Positions 1 to 11,523 of a DNA stretch of 64,000 nucleotides are shown in pieces (the stretch's first letter is position 1; every line of letters begins with the position of its first letter). Source of the DNA: Eledone cirrhosa (lineage: Eukaryota); assembly GCA_964016885.1 (NCBI GenBank), contig CAXHJY010000426.1:12531-76530 (forward strand), in the 5' to 3' direction. The notes under the pieces were generated by a model that worked only from the letters and a program-made list of their open reading frames with translations, was not told where the DNA came from and made no database searches. Position numbers and translations under genes: made by a program.

Positions 1-135
1 CTAGCATAGGGAAATCGATGTTAAACGGTGATATTATATATTAATATATATACATATATATAGTAATAATAATTACAAAGACCAAAATCCGAAGAGTGCT
101 CAATAAGAATGTTTGAAATATTTATTTCTGCATCT

Positions 136-213
136 ACAGATTGATTTTTCTTAATTTCAGAAGATCCTGTAAAAGGGTGACAGAAGAGATTCTTTGCTTA
201 AACTTTAATCTGT
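136..213 (+). ncRNA. Decayed hammerhead ribozyme (CAGAAGA-core family) in a PLE pLTR fragment
   Basis: Homologous to 51661-51735: acagattga...CAGAAGA-tcct gtaaa agggt-GACA (GAAA mutated)...ttaatctgt. Bases ~60-110 match the opposite-strand tail seen at ~50800-50850. Confidence 0.55.
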
Positions 214-217
214 ACAA

Positions 218-267
<50 letters not shown>

Positions 268-715
268 TGTCACAATTCACTGACCATTTTTACTCCATGT
301 GATCAACAATGATATTTGAACATTGATCTATATATCTGGTATTATTGATTCATGATCTTCTATGTTTTGGTTGTACATAGTTTAGTCATTAACTCACACC
401 TCACACCACATCTGTTGCAACATCTTATATTTTTGTTTGTTTGTTGTGTATTCTTTAATTGCTTTCATTACCTGATGATGATTGTTGGTTCCTTCAACAA
501 GGGACATTCCAAGCTTCTCTTTACTATTTTAGTTGTGGAAAGGTTACAGGAATAATCTTGTACTCTTGTACTCCCCACTACAACCACCACCACCAGAAAC
601 ACCTTCATTAATACCATCGCCACCATCATCACTACCAACCCACACAACCCACATCACAACCATTACCATTAGCAGTTGATATCTCACTAGCTAGAGAACA
701 GATCTAACTAATAAT

Positions 716-901
716 TGTTTCTACTTTTGGCACATGGCCAGCAATTATCCCAGTGTATTACTAGTACTTTATTTTATCGACTCCGTAAGGATGAAAGGCA
801 AAGTTAACCTCGGCGGGATTTTAACTCAGTCCGTAAAGGGACGTAACTATGCTGCAAAGCATGGCATCTGACCCTCTAACGATACTGCCAATCCACGGCC
901 C
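716..901 (-). mobile_element. tRNA-derived SINE, family 2
   Basis: Minus strand reads tggcagtatcgttagag...gagttaaaatcccgccgaggttaactttgcctttcatccttacggagtcgataaaataaagtac. Flanked by a 13-bp TSD tctaactaataat (703-715, 902-914). Homologous copies at 45288 and 50310. Confidence 0.8.
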
Positions 902-1490
902 TCTAACTAATAATAATGTGCAACAGATCTAATTGTTAATGTACAACAGATGTACTTGCTAATGTACAACTTATTTTTTACACCACATTTAATTTAATGT
1001 AATGATGTTAAAAAGTGAGTATTATACTTCTAAATACTTATAATTCATATAGTCATATAGTTACATGTGTGTGTGAGAGACAAGAGGTATACTGTCAGGG
1101 TTATAGTAGAATGGCAGCCCTTCATCCCAACAGATTACAAAATATGCTTTAGAATATATCTTCTAAAATATTGAAAATTGAATTCAAGTCAATTAGAAAT
1201 TCTCATTGAAACAGTATTTATAGCTGCTGTATTCCTCTTTGGGTTTTTGGAATTCTTCCATCTTTACACTTCTTATCAGCTGTGATAAAGTAATGAGTCT
1301 CAATTTACATATGCCAATGTTTTAGTACAATTAGATAAAATGTTTATATTCTAAATAAATTCAAACCTTGTCTCATTCTTTAATACAATGTTTAATAGTC
1401 TTCCATCTTGTTTTCTTTTTTCTTTTTGTTTGTTTTATAAAAGGTGTGATGGTGTATTTTATTGGTATAATTGATTTTACAGCTAGTTAC

Positions 1491-1577
1491 CTTTCCTGCA
1501 GCAAACCATTTGACAGAGCATGAAAGAGGAAATGGTGGTAGATAATTGTCTTGTTCAGTCAGGTTGACTAGAGACAT
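1491..1577 (-). CDS. Candidate first coding exon of an unidentified host gene (MSLVNLTEQDNYLPPFPLSCSVKWFAAGK)
   Basis: Unique sequence. Acceptor tgtttgttaatctcAG ends at 1595, ATG at 1577 has A at -3, phase-0 donor AAG|gtaact at 1490. No recognisable homology. Confidence 0.3.
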
Positions 1578-1920
1578 TTAAATAAGGTACTCAACTGAGA
1601 TTAACAAACACAATGATGATTGCAGTAAGATTTGAACCTAAGGTTAGTCATCCAGTTCGTTAATGTCACATCATCATTCCACTATAGTAGCAGATAGCCA
1701 CAATCTCCCTCCACCCATGACCGAGTGATTAACTCTGACCATTGGTGGAACTTGAATCTCAAAATGGAATTTGAAATCAGAACACAAAGCAGCAGAATAA
1801 TTACATGACATCTCATCTGCTCCCTTAACATTTCTACCAGTCCACCACCACTGTGGACTTTTATCTACCACTACTGTGGACTTATATCTACCAGTCCACC
1901 ACCACAGTGTCTACCACCAC

Positions 1921-4805
1921 ATTGTGGAAGAGTTATTTTAGTCACAGTTGTACATGTCTGGCAGGTTACTTTATCTGAGACTGTGTTGAAATTATGGTAA
2001 TTATATCATGGAAGAGTCATTTGAGCCACAGTTGTACATGTCTGGCAAGTGACTTGATCTGAGACTGTTAAAACTAAAACAATTACATCATGGAAGAGTC
2101 ATTTGAGCCACAGTTGTACATGTCTGGCAAGTGACTTGATCTGAGACTGTTAAAACTAAAACAATTACATCATGGAAGAGTCATTTTAGCTACAGTTGTA
2201 CATGTCTGGCAAGTGACTTGATCTGAGACTGTTAAAACTAAAACAATTACATCATGGAAGAGTCATTTTAGCTACAGTTGTACATGTCTGGCAAGTGACT
2301 TGATCTGAGACTGTTAAAACTAAAACAATTACATCATGGAAGAGTCATTTTAGCTACAGTTGTACATGTCTGGCAAGTGACTTGATCTGAGACTTAAAAC
2401 TAAAACAATTACATCATGGAAGAGTCATTTTAGCTACAGTTGCACATGTCTGGCAAGTGACTTGATCTGAGACTTAAAACTAAAACAATTACATCATGGA
2501 AGAGTCATTTTAGCCACAGTTGCACATGTCTGGCAAGTGACTTGATCTGAGACTGTTAAAACTAAAACAATTACATCATGGAAGAGTCATTTTAGCTACA
2601 GTTGTACATGTCTGGCAAGTGACTTGATCTGAGACTGTTAAAACTAAAACAATTACATCATGGAAGAGTCATTTTAGCTACAGTTGTACATGTCTGGCAA
2701 GTGACTTGATCTGAGACTTAAAACTAAAACAATTACATCATGGAAGAGTCATTTTAGCCACAGTTGCACATGTCTGGCAAGTGACTTGATCTGAGACTGT
2801 TAAAACTAAAACAATTACATCATGGAAGAGTCATTTTAGTCACAGTTGTACATGTCTGGCAAGTGACTTGATCTGAGACTGTTAAAACTAAAACAATTAC
2901 ATCATGGAAGAGTCATTTTAGCTACAGTTGTACATGTCTGGCAAGTGACTTGATCTGAGACTGTTAAAACTAAAACAATTACATCATGGAAGAGTCATTT
3001 TAGCTACAGTTGTACATGTCTGGCAAGTGACTTGATCTGAGACTGTTAAAACTAAAACAATTACATCATGGAAGAGTCATTTTAGCTACAGTTGTACATG
3101 TCTGGCAAGTGACTTGATCTGAGACTTAAAACTAAAACAATTACATCATGGAAGAGTCATTTTAGCTACAGTTGTACATGTCTGGCAAGTGACTTGATCT
3201 GAGACTGTTAAAACTAAAACAATTACATCATGGAAGAGTCATTTTAGCTACAGTTGTACATGTCTGGCAAGTGACTTGATCTGAGACTGTTAAAACTAAA
3301 ACAATTACATCATGGAAGAGTCATTTTAGCCACAGTTGCACATGTCTGGCAAGTGACTTGATCTGAGACTGTTAAAACTAAAACAATTACATCATGGAAG
3401 AGTCATTTTAGTCACAGTTGTACATGTCTGGCAAGTGACTTGATCTGAGACTGTTAAAACTAAAACAATTACATCATGGAAGAGTCATTTTAGCTACAGT
3501 TGTACATGTCTGGCAAGTGACTTGATCTGAGACTGTTAAAACTAAAACAATTACATCATGGAAGAGTCATTTTAGCTACAGTTGTACATGTCTGGCAAGT
3601 GACTTGATCTGAGACTGTTAAAACTAAAACAATTACATCATGGAAGAGTCATTTTAGCTACAGTTGTACATGTCTGGCAAGTGACTTGGTCTGAGACTGT
3701 GTTGAAACTAAAACAATTACATCATGGAAGAGTCATTTTAGCTACAGTTGTACATGTCTGGCAAGTGACTTGATCTGAGACTGTTAAAACTAAAACAATT
3801 ACATCATGGAAGAGTCATTTTAGCTACAGTTGTACATGTCTGGCAAGTGACTTGATCTGAGACTTAAAACTAAAACAATTACATCATGGAAGAGTCATTT
3901 TAGCTACAGTTGTACATGTCTGGCAAGTGACTTGATCTGAGACTTAAAACTAAAACAATTACATCATGGAAGAGTCATTTTAGCCACAGTTGCACATGTC
4001 TGGCAAGTGACTTGATCTGAGACTGTTAAAACTAAAACAATTACATCATGGAAGAGTCATTTTAGCTACAGTTGTACATGTCTGGCAAGTGACTTGATCT
4101 GAGACTGTTAAAACTAAAACAATTACATCATGGAAGAGTCATTTTAGCTACAGTTGTACATGTCTGGCAAGTGACTTGATCTGAGACTGTTAAAACTAAA
4201 ACAATTACATCATGGAAGAGTCATTTTAGTCACAGTTGTACATGTCTGGCAAGTGACTTGATCTGAGACTGTTAAAACTAAAACAATTACATCATGGAAG
4301 AGTCATTTTAGCTACAGTTGTACATGTCTGGCAAGTGACTTGATCTGAGACTGTTAAAACTAAAACAATTACATCATGGAAGAGTCATTTTAGTCACAGT
4401 TGTACATGTCTGGCAAGTGACTTGATCTGAGACTGTTAAAACTAAAACAATTACATCATGGAAGAGTCATTTTAGCTACAGTTGTACATGTCTGGCAAGT
4501 GACTTGATCTGAGACTGTTAAAACTAAAACAATTACATCATGGAAGAGTCATTTTAGCTACAGTTGTACATGTCTGGCAAGTGACTTGATCTGAGACTGT
4601 TAAAACTAAAACAATTACATCATGGAAGAGTCATTTTAGTCACAGTTGTACATGTCTGGCAAGTGACTTGATCTGAGACTGTTAAAACTAAAACAATTAC
4701 ATCATGGAAGAGTCATTTTAGTCACAGTTGTACATGTCTGGCAAGTGACTTTATCTGTGACTGTGTTGAAACTAAAACAATTACAGTGTGGAAGAGTCAT
4801 TTTAG
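1921..4805. repeat. Minisatellite, 82-bp unit (some 80 bp), ~35 copies
   Basis: Unit catggaagagtcattttagctacagttgtacatgtctggcaagtgacttgatctgagactgttaaaactaaaacaattacat repeated head-to-tail with no spacers. Confidence 0.97.
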
Positions 4806-5784
4806 ATATTAAAAAATACATATAAACTGTTGACATGTTTTTTTATGACAACATTTTTCTACTGTGGAATTATATCAGGGATACAGCTTGACAAAAATAT
4901 TGACACCAAAATGAAAATTATAAATATGAAGCAAAGTTAAGTTTCTGTGATGTTGGATGGTAAAATGAATTTTCCCTGATGTAATTAACCTAGCTTGTTT
5001 TATATATTTTGTACATACATCTACAATATTATTTACTTCCTATCAATATCTTTTATAAATACACATTGAAATGTAACTCTAGAGATTACAAGTTAGCAAG
5101 GATTCAAATCTCCCTCTAATTACATTTTATTGCCTTATAAAAAACAAAACAAGGCTGCATTGAATAAGGTAGACTTCTATACAATAAATATGGGGCTGGA
5201 GATTAGTACAAATGCAATGTTTTTGATGAACAAAATCTACTGGATTAGGCCTGACATTGAGGTTCAAATCAACTAAGTTTGATGACTGCTTTGAAGCTCT
5301 CACGTACATATTTCTATATTCTTTCTAAGATACTAGCAACAGAGCAAATGCCTCTCCCTCATCATAAGTTTGGCCCTTTTGATATCAACCCATCCAAAAC
5401 TTACCAGTATGCCTTCTACTTCTAACCCCTCATGTACAAAAACACACTACTGGTACATCTTTTATCCCTACCTGATTTTTTGGGTACCAAAGATATTACT
5501 GGTATGCTTTAGTTCGGTTTTTGAGACTACTGAGTGACAAATTAAGAAAATTTGATCAAAATATCTTTTTTTGTGATTTGTTTTTGAAAAAACATGCCTA
5601 ATTCCATCATAGGGATGTAAAAGACACCCAAAACATGACTGATACTATAGAATGATCCAATATTATTTTAGTGATGCTCTTTCAGAATAGAGATGTTATT
5701 TCAAAGGGAATGTAACTGGATAGTATTGAATAAGAGGCAGCTTTAAACAGAACAGACCCAAGAGGTAAAGAAATTGAGGAATAT

Positions 5785-6162
5785 AAATTCATAGAATAAT
5801 GGGAAGAACTCAAAACGCAAAGAAGCTGTTAAAACAGCAAAATACTGCCAATGGTAGTGTTGGATAACATTTACCTCAAAGGATAGAAATCAGCAGCTAG
5901 AAGTGTGTTGGCTCAGAGAAGTGATAGGAAGAAAGGAAAAAGGGAAGAGAATGGACAAGAGAAGATCACATAAGCATTTAAATACTCTCGTCAGCTTTTA
6001 GACCGCCTGTGGTTTCGACGATTTATCATTTCTACACGCCAACACACTTCTAGCCGCTGATTTCTGTCCTTTGAGGTAAATCTTAGCAAACACTGTCATT
6101 GACGGTATTTTGCTGTTTTAACAGCTTCCTTGCGCTGAGTTCTTCCCATCATTCTATAAATT
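5785..6162. repeat. Diverged inverted repeat (~140-bp arms, ~100-bp spacer)
   Basis: 5785-5926 (...gaagctgttaaaacagcaaaatac...ctagaagtgtgttggc) is the reverse complement of 6025-6162. Confidence 0.85.
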
Positions 6163-6757
6163 CAAATACGCTCAAGCTTCAAACTCGATATTCGAGATAC
6201 CTTTGAAGAATATAAAGTTTATACTGTTTCATTTAACCAGGAACAATACTTTCAACAAAATGAAGGAAGGGGGTATTTTCAGAGAGATGAAACAAATACC
6301 TACTAACAGCCATTACAATTCATTGACAAACTAAACATACCCCCTTATTAAATATTGCTAGAATTAGTTGATCCAGAATTAAACATATCCCCTTATTAAA
6401 TACTGATAGAATTAGTTGATCCAGGATTTATTTCATATTCATAATAAGAATTTCAAGTTTTAATATTGTAGATATATATATATATATACATATATACAAA
6501 CATGTTTATGTATTTGTTTTACAAAATTCCTGACGTGAAATAGTGTGTTGAAACAGACATTGTTATATTTGTGGATTGTCATTTTACAATCAAAACACAT
6601 GCACCATCCCTAAATATAACTATATATATGATGATGATATATATATATATATGTGTGTGCGTTACGTAATTCCGAAGAAAAAGCAAAGGAAATAAGAGTG
6701 CTCTATGTATAGAACAGAGCTATTTAATTAGAAAGTGAACAACACACTATATAACTA

Positions 6758-6825
6758 CTCCATTACCAAAGGTTTCAGGACTCTAGACAATATTAACATA
6801 CATCTAGATTGGTCATCAGACAGAG
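6758..6825 (-). ncRNA. Type I hammerhead ribozyme (inverted copy of 7296-7363)
   Basis: Minus strand: ctctgt-CTGATGA-(tctaga...tctaga stem II)-GAAA-cc ttt gg-TA^-atggag. Confidence 0.75.
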
Positions 6826-6988
6826 ATGTTATGAATAAAAAATATGAAATGAGATTTAAAATCTGTTAAAAATTGGAAGTGGGGCTGGAAAAAGAACGGA
6901 AAATATAAATAAGAAAAAATAGATAAAAGATATATAAAAATTAATATGTAAGAAAAATAATATATAAAAAATAATATATATACACATA

Positions 6989-7029
<41 letters not shown>

Positions 7030-7295
7030 GTATGTATATGTTTGTGTATATATATGCGTATAAATATATATATATATTTTTTTTTTCCCCCTTATATCTG
7101 AATGTGTGTATATGTATATACACATAGGCTTTTATAATTTTCTATATATTTTTTATATATTATTTTTCTTACATATTAATTTTTATATAATCTTTTATCT
7201 ATTTTTTCTTATTTATATTTTCCGTTCTTTTTCCAGCCTCACTTCCAATTTTTAACAGATTTTAAATCTCATTTCATATTTTTTATTCATAACAT

Positions 7296-7363
7296 CTCTG
7301 TCTGATGACCGATCTAGATGTATGTTAATATTGTCTAGAGTCCTGAAACCTTTGGTAATAGAG
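7296..7363 (+). ncRNA. Type I hammerhead ribozyme in PLE pLTR
   Basis: Stem I ctctgt/atagag; CTGATGA 7302-7308; stem II built on tctaga...tctaga; GAAA 7345-7348; stem III cc-ttt-gg; cleavage triplet GTA, cut after 7357. Confidence 0.8.
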
Positions 7364-7579
7364 TAGTTATATAGTGTGTTGTTCACTTGCTAATTAAATA
7401 GCTCTGTTCTATACATAGAGCACTCTTATTTCCTTTGCTTTGTCTTCGGAATTACGTAACACATAAACAGCTCCCAACGGGAATAATCAACGCAAATTCT
7501 GCATATCTGTGAGATTGGCATCTTCCAGCCTGACAAGTTGAGCACTCTACATTTATAAGGAAATTTACCAACACTAACT

Positions 7580-9495
7580 ATGGATTTATATGAAATGGAT
7601 TACTCTGTTAAAAATATCCCAACATCCTCTAATGCTTCTTATACCAAAATGTTGATTGAAAAAGTTAAGAATGTCGTTCAATGAATGAGATGGAAGGCAA
7701 TGTTTTTGATGGACAATTTGGTTTAAATTCCAAGGAGTGCATTGACATAAAGCCATGCAAATACCCACCAAGAGTTAAGGATATGGCCCCTTTTGAATCT
7801 GACTTAGTTAATATGATTAACCAACTAAAATTTTGTAAGTACAATAATAATTTTCAAACTAAACTTGCTAATGATATCTCTAATATTAAGTCTTCTAAGA
7901 ATAAGTTCGTTTTTTCCGATTAGACTAAAAACTTGTATGAAGTAAATAACAATTTATATAACCAACTTTTAACAGATAGTATTACTACCAAATATCAAAA
8001 AGCCAAAAATAACACCTATAATATAAATATTGAAGCTAAAGACATTGCAAGTAAATTAAAAATTGATAATAGAACTGAAAGCCTGGCTAAACGTAAAGCC
8101 TATATTACACTGAAAGACCACAAAATAGAGTTCACTAACAGACCTAATTGTAGACTCATTAAGCTTGCTAAATCAGAAATTGGTCTTGCCAGTAAAAATA
8201 TTTTAAGAAATATAATCTTAAAAATAAGAAGTAAAACAGAACTTTATTAATGGCTTAATACTGCTTCAGTAGTTTCATGGTTTAATATTATACCTGATAA
8301 ATATATATCTAGATTCACTCAATTCGATATAATAGACTTCTATCCATCTATAACTCACTCCTTATTAGCTAAAGCATTAGAATTCGCAAAAATTTTACTA
8401 ATATATCCAATTTAGAAGAGGAAGTAATTTTGTATACCCGGAAAACTCTACTTTTTGCCAAAAATGAAACTTGGGTAAAAAAAATCAAACCCAGAAAATC
8501 CTTTTGATGTCTCTATGGGTTCTTTTGGCAGTGCCGATGTGTGTGATTTGGTTGGCTTGTTCCTTCTACACACAATAAAGGAGAAATTCCCAAATCAGAC
8601 TATCGGGTTATATCAAGATGACGGACCAAGTCTCTCATACTACCAATGGCCATGACCTCAACACTTTTCGTAAAGATTTAATTAAAACTTTTTCTGATCT
8701 AAACCTTAAAATTACTATAGATACTAATCTTACCAACATAAATTTCCTTGATATAAATCTTGACTTACTGCTTCCTTTAAACCTTACCATAAACTTAATG
8801 AGAATCTAAAATATATAAATAAACAATCATGCCACCCTCCCATAGTATTTAAAAACCTCATCCCTAATATTGGCCGTACGATATCTACCCTCTCTTCTGA
8901 AGAAATATTTAATAAAGCAGCCCCTTACTATAATAAGGCCCTTAAAAATAGCAGATTCACTGAACAAATTAAATATATTTCTAACCCCTCTAATCCTTCT
9001 ACACATAATAATAGGAAAAGAAATAATCTTGTTCACACCACCCTTCTCTTTAGCACTCAAAACTAATGTAGGTAGAAAATTCCTTGAATTAGTAGATAAA
9101 CATTTCCCCCATCATCATAAATATAACAAAATTTTTAACAGAAACTGTGACAAGATTAGCTATTCTTGCAATCCTTCCATAAAATTGAAAATCACCACCG
9201 TAAAAACTGACAGAGGAATCTCAGGATGTTCATGCAGAAATGCAGGTGAATGTCCTTTGCAAGGCAAATGCAATATCAAATCCGTTGTATATGAGGCAAT
9301 TATAAGACCTACCAACACCAACCAACCTTCTATCAGAGAACGTTATGTAGCCATGACCCAGGATATTTAAAAAAAAAGATACTATGCACACGTCGCTTCA
9401 TTTCAACACCAGCATAAAAAGAAAACTACGGAGCTGGCAAAAAGAGTGTGGGAGATGAAAGAGCATGGGATCCCATATGAAATTGATTGGTCTAT
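7580..9495 (+). mobile_element. Penelope-like retroelement (Naiad-type), RT plus GIY-YIG, disrupted, 3' end cut by an RTE insertion
   Basis: N-terminus MDLYEMDYSVKNIP; YITLKDHK..RLIKLAKSEIG; QFDIIDFYPSI; MGSFGSADVCDLVG; YQDDG; NFLDINLDL; CSCRNAGECPLQGKC finger then VVYEA..YVAMT. Several stops and frameshifts. Confidence 0.9.
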
Positions 9496-9496
9496 G

Positions 9497-11523
9497 TCTC
9501 ACTACCATGCAGCATTGTGCATCTCACACAGGCATCATATAACCGGCCTTTCGTACGCAGGGAGAAACCCTTCTTCGTCAGCAGAGGAAGCACCTCCTAA
9601 ACTTCTTCCAACTAGTCATTACTCTAGATACTATGGCCTCGGAACGCACAGTGATTACATAATAATTGTAGAAATGAAGCTTTCGTGCACTGGTGAACAG
9701 CAGAGTATAAATGAACTGGAAGAGAAACTGGGTATAAGAGGGGTCAGATGTTGTGTGTAGGAGGAGACTGCATAGATATGGACATGTGATGCGAATGATG
9801 GATGACAGCTGTATAAAAAGGTGCAGGGTGCACAAAGTTGTTGGAAACAATGGAAGAGGAAAACCCAGGAAGACCTGGGATGAGGTGATAAAAGCTGACT
9901 TTGCACAATTGCCCCTCTCAAAGGTGATGACACAGGATTGAGATATTTGGTGTTATGCAGTAATACAGAAGACCTACCTTCCCATGTGCACAGGTTGAAG
10001 CATACATCTAATATGCACCACCTCAACCACTATCTCCACCTCCCCTTCCACACCATATCACCCCACCCTTCACCCACACTTTTATATTACCCCCACCCCA
10101 GCCATGATAAAAAGCTCACGACCCACACTATAAAGTAGTCTACACACTGTAACGTGGCCATGTAGGTGTCACAACAAAAAGTACTCAGTACACACTGTAA
10201 AGTGGTCATGTAGGTGTCACAACAAAAAGTACCCAGTACACATTGTAAAGTGGTCATGTAGGTGTCACAACAAAAAGTACCCAGTACACATTGTAAAGTG
10301 ATCATGTAGGTGTCACAACAAAAAGTACCCAGGACACATTGTAAAGTGGTCATGTAGGTGTCATAACAAAAAGTACCCAGTACACACTGTAAAGTGGTCA
10401 TGTAGGTGTCACAACAAAAAGTACCCAGTACACACTGTAAAGTGGTCATGTAGGTGTCACAACAAAAAGTACCCAGGACACATTGTAAAGTGGTCATGTA
10501 GGTGTCATGACAAAAAGCACCCAATACACACTGTAAAGTGGTCATGTAGGTGTCATAACAAAAAGTATCAGGTACACACTGTAAAGTGGTCATGTAGGTG
10601 TCACAACAAAAAGTACCCAGTACACACTGTAAAGTGGTCATGTAGGTGTCACAACAAAAAGTACCCAGTACACACTGTAAAGTGGTCATGTAGGTGTCAT
10701 GACAAAAAGCACCCAATACACACTGTAAAGTGGTCATATAGGTGTCATGACAAAAAGCACCCAATACACACTGTAAAGTGGTCATGTAGGTGTCATAACA
10801 AAAAGTATCCAGTACACACTGTAAAGTGGTCATGTAGGTGTCACAACAAAATGTACCCAGTACACACTGTAAAGTGGTCATGTAGGTGTCACAACAAAAA
10901 GTACCCAGTACACATTGTAAAGTGGTCATGTAGGTGTCTTGACAAAAAGCACCCAATACACACTGTAAAGTGGTCATGTAGGTGTCATGACAAAAAGTAC
11001 CCAGTACACACTGTAAAGTGGTCATGTAGGTGTCACAACAAAAAGTACCCAGTACACACTGTAAAGTGGTCATGTAGGTGTCACAACAAAAAGTACCCAG
11101 TACACACTGTAAAGTGGTCATGTAGGTGTCACAACAAAAAGTACTCAGTACACACTGTAAAGTGGTCATGTAGGTGTCACGACAAAAAGTACCCAATACA
11201 CACTGTAAAGTGGTCATGTAGGTGTCATAACAAAAAGTATCCAGTACACACTGTAAAGTGGTCATGTAGGTGTCACACCAAAAGTACCCAATACACACCG
11301 TAAAGTGGTCATGTAGGTGTCACACCAAAAGTACCCAATACACACCGTAAAGTGGTCATGTAGGTGTCATAACAAAATGTACCCAGTACACACTGTAAAG
11401 AGGTCATGTAGGTGTCACAACAAAAAGTATTGTATGAGCAAGACAGTATCCCCTGATCTGACATGCCTCAAATGGGACAACCTGTCTAACCCATGTTAGT
11501 TTGGTTAAACAATGATGATGATG
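9497..11523 (+). mobile_element. RTE LINE 3' fragment with an inverted 5' piece (9497-9650) and a minisatellite-expanded 3' UTR
   Basis: 9497-9650 minus strand encodes [17 protein letters not shown]. 9670-10000 plus strand encodes YGHVMRM..RGKPRKTW. Ends in the RTE tail taacccatg..taaacaatgatgatgatg. Confidence 0.85.
10140..11430. repeat. Minisatellite, 48-bp unit, ~27 copies, derived from an RTE 3' UTR motif
   Basis: Unit acactgtaaagtggtcatgtaggtgtcacaacaaaaagtacccagtac. The same motif occurs 2-4 times in other RTE 3' UTRs (~14620-14810, 36920-37030, 44150-44250). Confidence 0.95.

Larger units (their letters stand above)
6655..7462. repeat. Inverted pair of PLE pseudo-LTRs (~310-bp arms) around a (TA)n spacer
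   Basis: 6655-6973 is the near-perfect reverse complement of 7150-7462. Each arm carries a hammerhead, and the pair lies directly 5' of a PLE ORF, the known inverted-pLTR arrangement of Penelope elements. Confidence 0.9.

Noticed and set aside
6520-6572. Possible hammerhead (ctgacgt...gaaaca..tgtt)
   Set aside because: The core is mutated and stems I and II do not form convincingly.
10087-11298. 403-aa Cys-rich repeat protein
   Set aside because: It is the antisense translation of a 48-bp (multiple of 3) minisatellite derived from a LINE 3' UTR.
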